A DNA stretch of 64,000 bases from Antedon mediterranea (lineage: Eukaryota; Animalia; Echinodermata). The notes below the pieces were generated by a model. The model made no database searches. It was not told where the DNA came from and was given only the letters and a program-made list of their open reading frames with translations. The DNA lies in the NCBI RefSeq assembly GCF_964355755.1, contig NC_092671.1, positions 40,620,304 through 40,684,303 on the forward strand. The letters are read 5' to 3'. The translations under genes were made by a program, and so were the position numbers. Of this stretch, positions 1 to 14,027 are shown piece by piece (the first letter of the stretch is position 1; every line of letters begins with the position of its first letter).

Positions 1-2040
1 TACCCCAGGAACACAATGCTTTAACATAGGAAAACGGCCTCATATTACAGTAGTTTATTCATTATGTATAATGCATTGTGTTCCATATACCCAAAATGAT
101 ACCACAGGAACACAATGCTTTAACATAGGAAAGCGGCCTCATATTATACAGTGGTGGTTTATTCATCATATAATGCATTGTGTTCCATATACCCAAAATG
201 ATACCCCAGGAACACAATGCTTTAACATAGGAAAACGGCCTCATATTATACAGTGGTTTATTCATCATATAATGCATTGTGTTCCATATACCCAAAATGA
301 TACCCCAGGAACACAATGCTTTAACATAGGAAAACGGCCTCATATTACAGTGGTTTATTCATTAATAATGCATTGTGTTCCATATACCCAAAATGATACC
401 CCAGGAACACAATGCTTTAACATAGGAAAATGGCCTCATATTACAGTGGTTTATTCATTATATAATGCATTGTGTTCCATATAACCAAGATGATACCCCA
501 GGAACACAATGCTTTAACATAGCAAAACGGCCTCATTGCTTATTGAAGTGGTTTATTCATTATACTGTATATAATGCATTGTGTTTCATATACCCAAAAT
601 GATACCCCAGGAACACAATATTTTAACATAGGAAAACGGCCTCATTGCTTATATTACAGTGGTTTATTCATTATATAATGCATTGTGTTCCATATACCCA
701 AAATGATACCCCAGGAACACAATGCTTTAACATAGGAAAACGGCCTCATATTATACAGTGGTTTATTCATCATATAATGCATTGTGTTCCATATACCCAA
801 AATGATACCCCAGGAATACAATGCTTTAACATAGGAAAACGGCCTCATATTATACAGTGGTTTATTCATCATATAATGCATTGTGTTCCATATACCCAAA
901 ATGATACCCCAGGAACACAATACTTTAACATAGGAAAACGGCCTCATATTACAGTGGTTTATTCATCATGCATTGTGTTCCATATACCCAAAATGATACC
1001 CCAGGAACACAATACTTTAACATAGGAAAACGGCCTCATTGCTTATTACAGTGGTTTATTCATTAGCCTATAATGCATTGTGTTCTCCATATACCCAAAA
1101 TGATACCCCAGGAACACAATACTTTAACATAGGAAAACGGCCTCATTGCTTATTACAGTGGTTAATTCATTATATATAATGCATTGTGTTCCATATACCC
1201 AAAATGATACCCCATGAACACAATGCTTTAACATAGGAAAACGGCCTCATATTACAGTGGTTTATTCATTAGCCTATAATGCATTGTGTTCCATATACCC
1301 AAAATGATACCCCAGGAACACAATACTTTAACATAGGAAAACGGCCTCATTGCTTATTACAGTGGTTTATTCATTATATATAATGCATTGTGTTCCATGT
1401 ACCCAAAATGATACCCCAGGAACACAATGCTTTAACATAGGAAAACGGCCTCGTATTGTGGTTTATTCATTATATATAATGCATTGTGTTCCATATACCC
1501 AAAATGATACCACAGGAACACAATGCTTTAACATAGGAAAACGGCCTCGTATTGTGGTTTATTCATTATATATAATGCATTGTGTTCCATATACCCAAAA
1601 TGATACCCCAGGATCACAATGCTTTAACATAGAAAAACGGCCTCATTGCTTATTACAGTGGTTTATTCATCATATATAATGCATTGTGTTCCATATACCC
1701 AAAATGATACCACATGAACACAATGGTTTAACATAGGAAAACGGCCTCATTGCTTATTACAGTGGTTTATTCATTATATATAATGCATTGTGTTCCATAT
1801 ACCCAAAATGATACCACAGGAACACAATGCTTTAACATAAGAAAACGGCCTCATTGCTTATTACAGTGGTTTATTCATTATATATAATGCATTGTGTTCC
1901 ATATACCCAAAATGATACCCCAGGAACACAATGCTTTAACATAGGAAAACGGCCTCATATTACAGTGGTTTATTCATCATAATATAATGCATTGTGTTCC
2001 ATATACCCAAAATGATACCCCAGGAACACAATACTTTAAT
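1..2040. repeat. Minisatellite, ~95-105 bp unit, ~21 copies, runs off the window start
   Basis: Repeating TACCCCAGGAACACAATGCTTTAACATAGGAAAACGGCCTCAT...CCATATACCCAAAATGA; the ORF-track peptides here are periodic artefacts. Confidence 0.95.
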
Positions 2041-2889
2041 TTTGCTATGGTTACTTAATTTTACTTAATCTTTATTAATACAAATATATTGATTTCCAAA
2101 GTGGTTCACAAAAGTTCTACAAAACTAAATGAAAATGATACACGTTAATAAAACGCAAATTCAAGAAATGTTTCTACACTTCATACAAAAGAAAACTTTT
2201 AGAGGAAATCATGGAAGTGAATTGGATTAACACATCTACTTTGCAGAAAATGTAAACAAATAATACTGTAACTGAATTGATAAGCACCGGATCCCTTTAA
2301 ACTTTACTATAAAACACTATCAATTACGAAGGGAAAAAAAACATGTTTCCACTACTTGATACTAGGAGAGAGTAGAGAATGCTCGATTGTCGAAATGACG
2401 CTCTCCCTCAATATCCAATCACATCTTCCTTTAAAACTCCCTAAGTTGTTAATAATCAATGTCCATGAGCATGTTCATGTCTTCATTTTGATGGTCCGAA
2501 TATAGCTCCATATTTGAGCTATATTTCCTATACCATCCTGGCTAGTTGAGAATTCTCAACTATTTTATGTTTTTTTCTACCTTTCTGGAAAATGATATAA
2601 TCCAAATTTTATTAATACTACCAGTAGTAAACATTTAGAAACACTTGCATACCTTCAATAATTTTAGTTGTTTGTAGTTTAAGACAATCTTAGTGATATT
2701 TAAATGAAAACAATACGATAAAAACTATTGTGTCTGTATTTTACAAGACTATGACTTCCGTATAACGTGCATTGTGGGTACTTCAATTTTTATAGAAAAG
2801 CTAGGGAATCCTAATTTAGTAGGCAGCATATGGGGGCGGGGCAACCAAACTTGCTTATCAAATCAAAGCACAGTAAAGCAAAGGATAAA

Positions 2890-4745
2890 ATTAATGTACG
2901 ATCCAGTTTACCACTGTTCTCAACTATAGTCATTTTAGTATACTTGAGCACAGTTATAAAGAATAGGATAAACTTAACAATATACAACAAATAGCATTAA
3001 TGTACGATCCAGTTTAACACTGTTCTCAACTATAGACATTTTGGTATACTTGAGCACAGTGATAAAGAATAGGATAAACTTAACAATATACAACAAAAAA
3101 CATTAATGTACGATCCAGTTTAACACTGTTCTCAACTATAGTCATTTTGGTATACTTGAGAACAGTGATAAAGAATAGGATAAACTTAACAATATACAAC
3201 AAATAACATTAATGTATGATCCCGTTTAACACTGTTCTCAACTATAGTCATTTTGGTATACTTGAGCACAGTGATAAAGAATAGGATAAACTTAACAATA
3301 TACAACAAATAACATTAATGTACGATTTAGTTTAACACTGTTCTCAACTATAGTCATTTTGGTATACTTGAGCACAGTGATAAAGAATAGGATAAACTTA
3401 AAAATATACAACAAATAACATTAATGTACGATCCCGTTTAACACTGTTCTCAACTATAGTCATTTTGGTATACTTGAGCACAGTGATAAAGAATAGGATA
3501 AACTTAATAATATACAACAAATAGCATTAATGTACGATCCAGTTTAACACTGTTCTCAACTATAGTCATTTTGGTATACTTGAGCACAGTGATAAAGAAT
3601 AGGATAAACTTAATAATATACAACAAATAACATTAATGTACGATCCAGTTTAACACTGTTCTCAACTATAGTCATTTTGGTATACTTAAGCACAGTGATA
3701 AAGAATAGGATCAACTTAATAATATACAACAAATAGCATTAAGGTATGATCCCGTTTAACACTGTTCTCGACTATAGTCATTTTGGTATACTTGAGCACA
3801 GTGATAAAGAATAGGATAAACTTAATAATATACAACAAATAGCATTAATGTACGATCCCGTTTAACACTGTTCTCAACTATAGTCATTTTGGTATAGTTA
3901 AGCACAGTGATAAAGAATAGGATAAACTTAATAATATACAACAAATAACATTAATGTATGATCCCGTTTAACACTGTTCTCGACTATAGTCATTTTGGTA
4001 TACTTGAGCACAGTGATAAAGAATAGGATAAACTTAATAATATACAACAAATAACATTAATGTACGATCCCGTTTAACACTGTTCTCGACTATAGTCATT
4101 TTGGTATACTTAAGCACAGTGATAAAGAATAGGATAAACTTAATAATATACAACAAATAACATTAATGTACGATCCCGTTTAACACTGTTCTCGACTATA
4201 GTCATTTTGGTATACTTGAGCACAGTGATAAAGAATAGGATAAACTTAATAATATACAACAAATAGCATTAATGTACGATCCCGTTTAACACTGTTTTCA
4301 ACTATAGTCATTTTGGTATAGTTAAGCACAGTGATAAAGAATAGGATAAACTTAATAATATACAACAAATAACATTAATGTATGAACCCGTTTAACACTG
4401 TTCTCGACTATAGTCATTTTGGTATACTTGAGCACAGTGATAAAGAATAGGATAAACTTAACAATATACAACAAATAACATTAATGTACGATCCCGTTTA
4501 ACACTCTTCTCGACTATAGTCATTTTGGTATACTTCAGCACAGTGATAAAGAATAGGATAAACTTAACAATATACAACAAATAACATTAATGTACGATCC
4601 AGTTTAACCCTGTTCTGAACTATAGTCATTTTGGTATACTTGAGCACAGTGATAAAGAATAGGATAAACTTCGAATAAACAGCAAATAACATTAATCTAC
4701 GATGCCGTTTAATACTGTTTTAAACTATAGTCATTTGAGTATAAT
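2890..4745 (+). repeat. 106-bp satellite array, ~17 copies (left arm of fold-back)
   Basis: Unit ATTAATGTACGATCC.GTTTAACACTGTTCTCAACTATAGTCATTTTGG...; period 106 (2996 to 3102). Confidence 0.95.
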
Positions 4746-4857
4746 TAATCACAGATAAAGAATAAGATCAACTTTAATACTATTTATTAAATAAAAAAAA
4801 CTAATTCTATATTAACACATATTATTTACATATACTTTCACTGCTGACTTCTAGTAT

Positions 4858-4974
4858 AAACAGGCCATAGGCCTATACATGGCTGCAGTCGCGTGCTCAA
4901 ATTTGAGTTGGTGCTTACCGACCGACCGACCGACATAGTGAGCTGTAGAGTCGCGTTTGCACGCTACTAAAAAG
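4858..4974 (-). mobile_element. Short Helentron/DINE-1-like (HINE) non-autonomous fragment
   Basis: (CCGA)n-CATAGTGAGCT is the reverse complement of the AGTTCACTATGTCGGTCGG core at 38931 and 39544. Confidence 0.5.
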
Positions 4975-5580
4975 TTCACAACAACCGTAGGACGGGCACA
5001 GGGGAGTTTATTCGAAACTCCAACCCCTCCCCTGGCTATGCGTTTAGATTGTTCATGCCTCCTTTACAAACCAAGATTATTAGAATACTATTAGGAGGAT
5101 CAAACACAATTCTTGTTGCCAGATTTCATTGACATTACAGGTATGAAGTCTATCAATATACAGTACCGCTTAATACAATACTTGTTGAGGCCATATCCAT
5201 CTATACATTTTAGTGTTATTCCACTTTAAAAAAGTCGATTTATATCAATACTCATCAACATACGATATAACGATAGAATTTATTGCAACTTGTCCATGTC
5301 GTATTCATCTACAAATAAAGTGTCTATTACCGTACTTTTAAAAATCTATTTATATCAATACCTATCAACGTATGTACGTGTGCATATTATATATACAAAA
5401 ATATATACATCAACATAAATGTCATATCATCTATAGTCATTAGTGTTATTTCACTTTTAATATTAGTAAATCCAAAGGCAAAATACTGAAATAATAACAA
5501 TGCTGTGGTCTCAATGGAGATACAAAAAAAGAAGCGAAAAGCTAAATCAAAACGATAAAGTAAAACAGCCAGAAAAGTTA

Positions 5581-5618
5581 GCAGAGTTTTCGGGCAACAC
5601 TAGCCCTTCATCAGTGCA
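5581..5618 (-). other. Degenerate minimal hammerhead-ribozyme motif (Penelope-like element remnant)
   Basis: Minus strand GCA-CTGATGA-A-GGGC-TAGTGTT-GCCC-GAAA-ACTC-TGC: both core boxes, a 4-bp stem II and a short stem I. Confidence 0.5.
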
Positions 5619-5639
5619 AGTGAGGGTACTTGTACAAGA

Positions 5640-6730
5640 TATAGTGTTATTTAACGTTTAGTCGATTTATATCAATACACTCATCAACATATGTACGTGC
5701 AATTCACGTCTACAATCAATAGTGTTAATTCCACTTTTAAAAGTCGATTTATATCAATATACTCATCAACATGTGTACGTGTCCACGTCATATTTATCTA
5801 TAAATATTAGTGTTATTTCACTTTTAAAAGTCGATTTATCAATATACTCATCAATAAATGTACTTGTCCACGTCATATTCATTTACAAATCAGTGTTATT
5901 TCACTTTTCGAAGTCAATTATATCAATATAGGCCTACTCATCAACATATGTACGTGCAATTCACGTCATATTCATATATGATCAATACGGTAGTGTACAA
6001 CTAATAGTGTTATTTCACTTTTAAAAGTCGATTTATATCAATATACTCATCAATAAATGTACTTGTTCACGTCATATTCATCTACAATCAATAGTGTTAT
6101 TTCACTTTTAAAAGTCGATTTATATCAATATACTCATCAACATTATGTACCGTACGTGTCCACGTCATATTCATCTACAAATATTAGTGTTATTTCACTT
6201 TTAAAAGTCGATTTATATCAATATACTCATCAACATATTTAAATCGTGTCCAAGTCATATTCATCTACAAATATTAGTGTTAATTTGACTTTTAAAAGTC
6301 GATTTATATCAATATACTAATCAATATATGTACGTGTCCACGTCATATTCATCTACAAATATTAGTGTTATTTCACTTTTAAAAGTCGATTTATATCAAT
6401 ATACTCATCAACATATGTAAATCGTGTCCAAGTCATATTCATCTACAAATATTAGTGTTAATTTGACTTTTAAAAGTCGATTTATATCAATATACTAATC
6501 AATATATGTACGTGTCCACGTCATATTCATCTACAAATATTAGTGTTATTTCACTTTTCAAAGTCGATTTATATAAATATACTACTCACCAACATAATGT
6601 ACGTGCAATTCACGTCATATTTATCTACAATCATTTGTGTTAATTCCACTTTTAAAAGTCAATTTATATCAATTACTTATGAACATATGTACGTGTCCGC
6701 GTCATTCACCTACAAATATTATAGTGTTAT
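5640..6730. repeat. Diverged ~88-bp tandem repeat, ~12 copies (more degenerate copies at 5210-5460)
   Basis: Repeating TAGTGTTATTTCACTTTTAAAAGTCGATTTATATCAATATACTCATCAAC... Confidence 0.9.
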
Positions 6731-6744
6731 TATGTTTTTCATAT

Positions 6745-8945
6745 TATCACTGTGCTCAAGTATATGAAAATGACTATAGTTGAGAACAGTGTTAAACAGA
6801 ATCGTGTACATTAATGTTTTTTGTTGTATATTGTTAAGTTTATCCTATTCTTTATCACTGTGCTCAAGTATACCAAAATGACTATAGTTGAGAACAGTGG
6901 TAAACTGAATCGTACATTAATGTTATTTGTTGTATATTATTAAGTTTATCCTATTCTTTATCACTGTGCTGAAGTATACAAAAATGACTATAGTTGAGAA
7001 CAGTGTTAAACGGGATCATACCTTAATGCTATTTGTTGTATATTGTTAACTTTATCCTATTCTTTATCACTGTTCTCAAGTATACCAAAATGACTATAGT
7101 TGAGAACAGTGTTAAACTGGATCGTACATTAATGTTTTTTGTTGTATATTGTTAAGTTTATCCTATTCTTTATCACTGTGCTCAAGTATACCAAAATGAC
7201 TATAGTTGAGAACAGTGTTAAACGGGATCGTACATTAATGTTTTTTGTTGTATATTGTTAAGTTTATCCTATTCTTTATAACTGTTCTCAAGTATACCAA
7301 AATGACTATAGTTGAGAACAGTGTTAAACTGGATCGTACATTAATGTTTTTTGTTGTATATTGTTAAGTTTATCCTATTCTTTATCACTGTGCTCAAGTA
7401 TACCAAAATGACTATAGTTGAGAACAGTGTTAAACGGGATCGTACATTAATGTTATTTGTTGTATATTATTAAGTTTATCCTATTCTTTATCACTGTGCT
7501 CAAGTACACCAAAATGACTATAGTTGAGAACAGTGTTAAACGGGATCGTACATTGATGTTATTTGTTGTATATTGTTAAGTTTATCCTATTCTTTATCAC
7601 TGTGCTCAAGTATACCAAAATGACTATAGTTGAGAACAGTGTTAAACTGGATCGTACATTAATGTTATTTGTTGTATATTGTTAAGTTTATCCTATTCTT
7701 TTTCACTGTGCTCTAGTATACCAAAATGACTATAGTTGAGAACAGTGTTAAACGGGATCGTACATTGTTGTTGTATATTGTTAAGTTTATCCTATTATTT
7801 ATCACTGTGCTCAAGTATACCAAAATGACTATAGTTGAGAACAGTGTTAAACGGGATCGTACATTATTGTTATTTGTTGTATATTGTTAAGTTTATCCTA
7901 TTCTTTATCCCAATGTGCTCAAGTATACCAAAATGACTATAGTTGAGAACAGTGTTAAACGGGATCGTACATTAATGTTATTTGTTGTATATTGTTAAGT
8001 TTATCCTATTCTTTATCACTGTGCTCTAGTATACCAAAATGACTATAGTTGAGAACAGTGTTAAACGGGATCGTACATTAATGTTATTTGTTGTATATTA
8101 TTAAGTTTATCCTATTCTTTATCACTGTGCTCAAGTACACCAAAATGACTATAGTTGAGAACAGTGTTAAACGGGATCGTACATTGATGTTATTTGTTGT
8201 ATATTGTTAAGTTTATCCTATTCTTTATCACTGTGCTCAAGTATACCAAAATGACTATAGTTGAGAACAGTGTTAAACTGGATCGTACATTAATGTTATT
8301 TGTTGTATATTGTTAAGTTTATCCTATTCTTTATCACTGTGCTCTAGTATACCAAAATGACTATAGTTGAGAACAGTGTTAAACGGGATCGTACATTGTT
8401 GTTGTATATTGTTAAGTTTATCCTATTATTTATCACTGTGCTCAAGTATACCAAAATTACTATAGTTGAGAACAGTGTTAAACGGGATCGTACATTATTG
8501 TTATTTGTTGTATATTGTTAAGTTTATCCTATTCTTTATCAATGTGCTCAAGTATACCAAAATGACTATAGTTGAGAACAGTGTTAAACGGGATCGTACA
8601 TTAATGTTATTTGTTGTATATTGTTAAGTTTATCCTATTCTTTATCACTGTGCTCTAGTATACCAAAATGACTATAGTTGAGAACAGTGTTAAACGGGAT
8701 CGTACATTGTTGTTGTATATTGTTAAGTTTATCCTATTATTTATCACTGTGCTCAAGTATACCAAAATGACTATAGTTGAGAACAGTGTTAAACGGGATC
8801 GTACATTATTGTTATTTGTTGTATATTGTTAAGTTTATCCTATTCTTTATCAATGTGCTCAAGTATACCAAAATGACTATAGTTGAGAACAGTGTTAAAC
8901 TACATCGTACATTAATGTTATTTGTTGTATATTGTTAAGTGTATT
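6745..8945 (-). repeat. 106-bp satellite array, ~21 copies, inverted relative to 2890-4745 (right arm of fold-back)
   Basis: Unit CCAAAATGACTATAGTTGAGAACAGTGTTAAAC.GGATCGTACATTAAT is the reverse complement of the left-arm unit. Confidence 0.95.
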
Positions 8946-10272
8946 CTTTATTCTTATTAATTGTACTAAATTATTAAAAGAAACGGTAGTAAGCATAACA
9001 TTTCCCCACTCCTACATTAGCATGGTAGGACATTGTAATGGTCGCAGGTGGCTCAACTTTATTACTGCAATGGGATGGACATGGTCCTACTGCCACCTTA
9101 CCATCCAATAGGATTCCAGTAAATTTCCTTTACTACCAATCATAATTCAGTAATAAATTACCCCTTAAGTTAACAAGGAAATCAGCCTATCCCATTATAC
9201 CGGTAGGCTTCGTCGTACAGGCGTACTGCGGTAATAGTTGAGAATTCTCAACTAGCCAATTTGGTATATTTTATATACCTGCATATTTCGTGTAAAATCA
9301 AAGAAGTAATATTGTCCATGTGGTAGGGCGCCGCCATAAGTGTGGATGTATCTGGGATGTATACAACTTTTTGTGAAGGTTTCACTAATCAAATGCTGGA
9401 CCACCGGAGTATTTTCCGATGATAAAAATGTTATCAACTACATGCCAACATCATGTTAAGTACTATTTGAATATTTAATTGTTCGCGTGACCGGGCGTGT
9501 TGGTGTTTACGCGTTTTCACGAAGGATAGTTTAATAATATTCCTATATTTAACTTGTTTCTGGTAAAACAAATAAATGTTAATGACATTTAACATTTTCT
9601 CCTATTAATAACATGTGTTTTATACTAATTTATATCATAAAAACAATACTTAATTTACCGGGCGTACAGTAGTACACGGCAATGGTAAAGAATAGGCCGT
9701 GCTGAGTAATATTCGTTGATTTTTGGTGTTGCTGTGTTAGGCCTTTTTTGTGAACTAACTTAGCATGTTAGTAAATAATTGTCTGTAAAAGAATAAACAC
9801 TAGTTTGTTAATAAATATGTATTATAAAAGAGTTTACAATTGCAAAAACTATCATCATAATTCTATTTAATGTGACATGTATCATGTCTATTAAATCAAG
9901 TCTTATTTAGTATGTATACATCCGCCCTTATGAGGGCGGGCATCACTCACTGGAGCTCTCTGTTACAAATTTCTCATGCAAAAATCGCGGAATACTCATT
10001 CTTGTGATACTCTTTGGTAAAATCGATGATTTTGATTTTGGAGCCTCTCACGGGGAGAGCAGCAAACACACATAAAAAGACGTCGTGAGTCATTCTTCGT
10101 TTTGTGTCTAAATTGAATGATTTCACAATACAAGTTGATATAAGTAGCTTTGTTTTATAAGCATACACAGTTCGTCTTGAAGACTGCAACAGTAGTAAGT
10201 ATATTGTTATATATTAGCATAGGCCTAGCCCTAGACTAGGCGAGTTTAGATTTTGGTAATGTAGCCTCTCTC

Positions 10273-11025
10273 GGCGCTACTGCAGTTTCGCACCACACTG
10301 TTATATCTTCGATTTCTCGCTTAATTTTTTTCTCACACCAACACCATACAATTTTGGGCCATTATGTAACATGTTCCCATGATTTAGCCACCGTTAATTA
10401 CCTTTATCATAACAAAAAATGCCTTTCAAAACAGCTCCTTTTTTCGCGAATACTTCGATCGAACTGTGGCCATTTTAGAATCAGAAAATTGCCAGAAATC
10501 AATGTATGTTTTATTTTCTGTTTTTATTTTTAAACTGCAAAGAGTGGTTTTTATAAAGAACCAGCTGTACAACATATCAAAAGGGCGACGATATGAGTCC
10601 GTACATAAAACATTGATAGGAACCATTAATATAAATATTAATACTAATAATGAAATATTAATTTAACATTTATTATTTTGCCAGCTGAAAACATTTCTTG
10701 CTTTTCAAAACTAAATAGGCCTATATGTGTAATCGGATTTTATAACACTGCCCTCTATAGTTTCTAGAATTTTTGGGGTAAAATGAAGCATAAATTCTGG
10801 CAATTAAGTGATAAATATGGCGAACATTTCGCAGTGTGTTGACAGCGAGTTCAGTATTGTTTAAAATGTTTTGAAAAGTATTGTTATTTAAAAAAAATTA
10901 CTTAGTAAGTGATCGAATCGTATAAACATGTTACATAATATTATGTTGTGAGTGTAAAAAACGAAGATATCGAAGATATAACAGTGTGGTGCGAAACTGC
11001 AGTAGCGCCGCCTCGGCGTAGCGCC
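10273..11025. mobile_element. Non-autonomous Mutator-like (MULE) DNA transposon
   Basis: ~40-bp TIR GGCGCTACTGCAGTTTCGCACCACACTGTTATATCTTCGAT (10273) with its inverse at 10969-11009; 9-bp direct repeat GCCTCTCTC at 10264-10272 and 11026-11034. Confidence 0.75.
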
Positions 11026-11278
11026 GCCTCTCTCTAGCCTAGGCTAGCTTTAAAAAAAATAACCTCTTCCAACAACAATCGTGCGGCCGCTTTTGTTGGC
11101 GGTCGGTTCGACCATAATCTTGGCTATCTCTAGGCTAGTAGGTCTAGTAGTAGCCTAACTATAAGCCTAAAAGTATTCCAAAGTATCTCCCTATACGTTG
11201 TTATATCCTCCTCACTGAGCAGAATTTTGGCAGGCAAAGGCTGAGAAAAAAACATTGAATTTGAATTGAATATTAATT

Positions 11279-11723
11279 CGCCGTTGCTAAAGATACGGTA
11301 CCGTATCCATGCTTTTAAAAACTAAAGATACGGTAATTATAGAGGGCGCTTCTGTTTGCTAAAAGTACGGTAAAATTGCCTTCCTAAAACTCGTACCTAA
11401 ATATAAAACTCGTTCCTAAATATAAAACTCCTTCCTAAATATTAAACTCCTTCCTAAATATTAAAAACCTAACCCTCTAAATAATCTCTCTTAAATTAAA
11501 AACTAAAAAAAAAAAATAAAAAAAAGACGTCAAGAAGAGTATCGAACCAACAACCCCGTAAGCCAAAGCCTCACCACATGCCCACTAGGCTACACAGCTG
11601 GCTTGCAGAAAACCAATGCAATAACCTATTTGATTAACATCCACATTACATAGCGCCCTCTATAATTACCGTACCTTTAGTTTTTAAAAGTATGGATACG
11701 GTACCGTATCTTTAGACATAACG
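11279..11723. mobile_element. MITE with ~65-bp TIRs and 9-bp TSD, containing a tRNA-like segment
   Basis: TIR CTAAAGATACGGTACCGTATCCAT.CTTTTAAAAACTAAAG.TACGGTAATTATAGAGGGCGCT and its inverse at 11652-11715; flanks ATATTAATT at 11270-11278 and 11724-11732; A/B-box-like sequence on minus strand 11531-11602. Confidence 0.75.
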
Positions 11724-11944
11724 ATATTAATTACATAGCCTAACTAGGCCTATGCCTAGTCATAGTACTTAGTAGTAGGCCTATACTTATAGTAAATACA
11801 TATTATTACTGAGTTACTTTAAAAAAGTAATTTTGTGAGTGTGATGACATTTATTTGTCAACGATATTTGTATAATTTATAAAAAAATATTTATTTATTG
11901 TAGGTTAATAAATTGCAATAAATTTAAAGTTTAAAATTAAAAGC

Positions 11945-14027
11945 ATGGCTAGTGGTCGACCTGGTGGTTGTTCAAGTACAACAACTGTTATGGAGGATGA
12001 ACCGCATGACCCCCGCATACCCGACACAGAAGCAAACGTTTCTGAACAAGCTGAAGATGTTATACGAAGCTTTATGTCACAAAGGTTGCACATGGCCTTA
12101 AGAAATGAGGAGGAAGACGTAGTTGTAGCTACACCAAATTTAGCCGATTTTGTATCATCAAATCCTCTCAGGTACAGTACGCTATATAAAATACCAATTT
12201 AGTTATTTTTTATTGTACAGTACAGTAATATTATTTATAATTTGTTTGCCTATTTTGTATACAATGTAACAATGAGGAGCAATTCAATTGTTAAATATTA
12301 TATTCTCAAATTGTTGTACAGTAATTCATCATTTAGCCGATTTTGTATCATCAAATCCTCTCAGTACAGTATATAATATACCATTGAAATTATTTTTATA
12401 GTAATATTATTTATATTATGTTTGCTAATTTTGTACATACAATGTACTAACAATGAGGAGCAATTCAATTTAAATATTATATTCTCAAATTGTTGTACAG
12501 TAATTCATCAATGGTTGGCCGACAACTTGCCCAAATTGGTGATCAGATTGATTCTCAGTACAGAGATGAATTTCGCCAGATGATAAATTCTCTAAATATT
12601 ACCCCAGCAACAGCATACCAAGCCTTTGCAGGTGTTGCGAAAAGGTGAGTATGTGTGATTCTGAACATTTATGTAAAAATAACAATTTCTCAAAATGTTT
12701 TTTGTTTATGAAATCACTGTATTAATTATGTGATGTCAATATTTAATTTATGTATTATTTTAGAAAATGTTAACTGTATTTTGTTTTTATTTGAGAAATA
12801 AATTATTATTGATTATTGATTGATCTTGTAAGCATAGCTTACAATATAATCATTTAATATTCTGCAATCTGAAATATTAATTGGAAACTAATATCTACAG
12901 GAGATATAGGTCGAGTTTCTGTGAAATAACTGATAGTAAACAAATTGTGTAGTAGTACAGTAGATCCCAATGGAAATAAGCTAATAAGCTTTTTGGCTAT
13001 CCTGGAAAATCTTTTATAAATGTATTATTTGTAATGTCACAGTAATTTTTGTTATCACTTTGTATGTATTTTTTATGATGATTTTCCTAATAAATTCAAA
13101 ATTAAAATCATAGGTTGATATTTATTTTAAATAAATGTTAGGTTGTTCCGAGAGGGAATTAACTGGGGAAGGATAGCTGCTCTGTTGATGTTTGGCTATC
13201 GAATTGCAATGGACGTTGCCAGAAATGCAACACATTTTATTAAAAAAATTATTGAATCAATTGTCAAGTTTATAATCACCGAAAAAATTGCACAGTGGAT
13301 AGCGGAACAAGGAGGTTGGGTAAGTAGCATGTTATTGTGTTTATTAACATTTTAAAAGTATTGCCCAGAGAAAAGTAACATAGTGAACCACAGCATGACA
13401 TGAAGAAAGGAGACAAAGAGATTGATAATTACTTATGAACTGTGGTTTTTCTCATTACCTTGTGGTTTTCAGGAATCCAATACCATATCCAACACATACT
13501 AACATGTATTATAATATTATAATTTTCTGTATGCTTTTTATAATCGTTCTTTACCCAATATCGGTATTGAATTAATTTTGTCAATGTAGTTTTATTTGTG
13601 TTTTTTTTTATTTATATTCTGGAATGTAAAAATTGATTGATTAAATCCAGCGAGTCATTGCTATATTGTTGTAACTTATTAGAACTTAACCGTTTGAATT
13701 TTTAACAGTATGCTGTACTTTTAATCTATGCATGTAAAATAGATTTTCTATTTATATAATCTTAAATAAATTAATACCTTCAACATCTATGTTTATAAAT
13801 ACATTAATTGGTACAGATAATTTAAAAAAATTTTTAAACCTTTAAAATTAATACTAAATACCAAAATGCTTGAATTTAATTAATTTTTGATAATTTTATT
13901 GTTTTTTTTTATGTTACAGATTAGCGCAATGAGGTACCAAACAGAAAATGCAAGTTGGAGAGACATATGCGTAGTGTTAAGCCTTGCTGCTGTATCTGCA
14001 TTCGCTGTATACATGTCTCGAAGGTAA
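11945..14027 (+). CDS. BAK1: Bcl-2 family pro-apoptotic effector Bak, 218 aa; coding exons 11945-12171, 12501-12644, 13142-13319, 13920-14027
   Basis: GT-AG exons with consistent phases; BH3 VGRQLAQIGDQID (Bak-type), BH1 LFREGINWGRIAAL, BH2 WIAEQGGW, C-terminal TM ICVVLSLAAVSAFAVYM followed by SRR-stop. Confidence 0.92.

Noticed and set aside
62-1679. Repetitive ORFs on both strands
   Set aside because: Translations of the minisatellite; unit lengths vary and break frame
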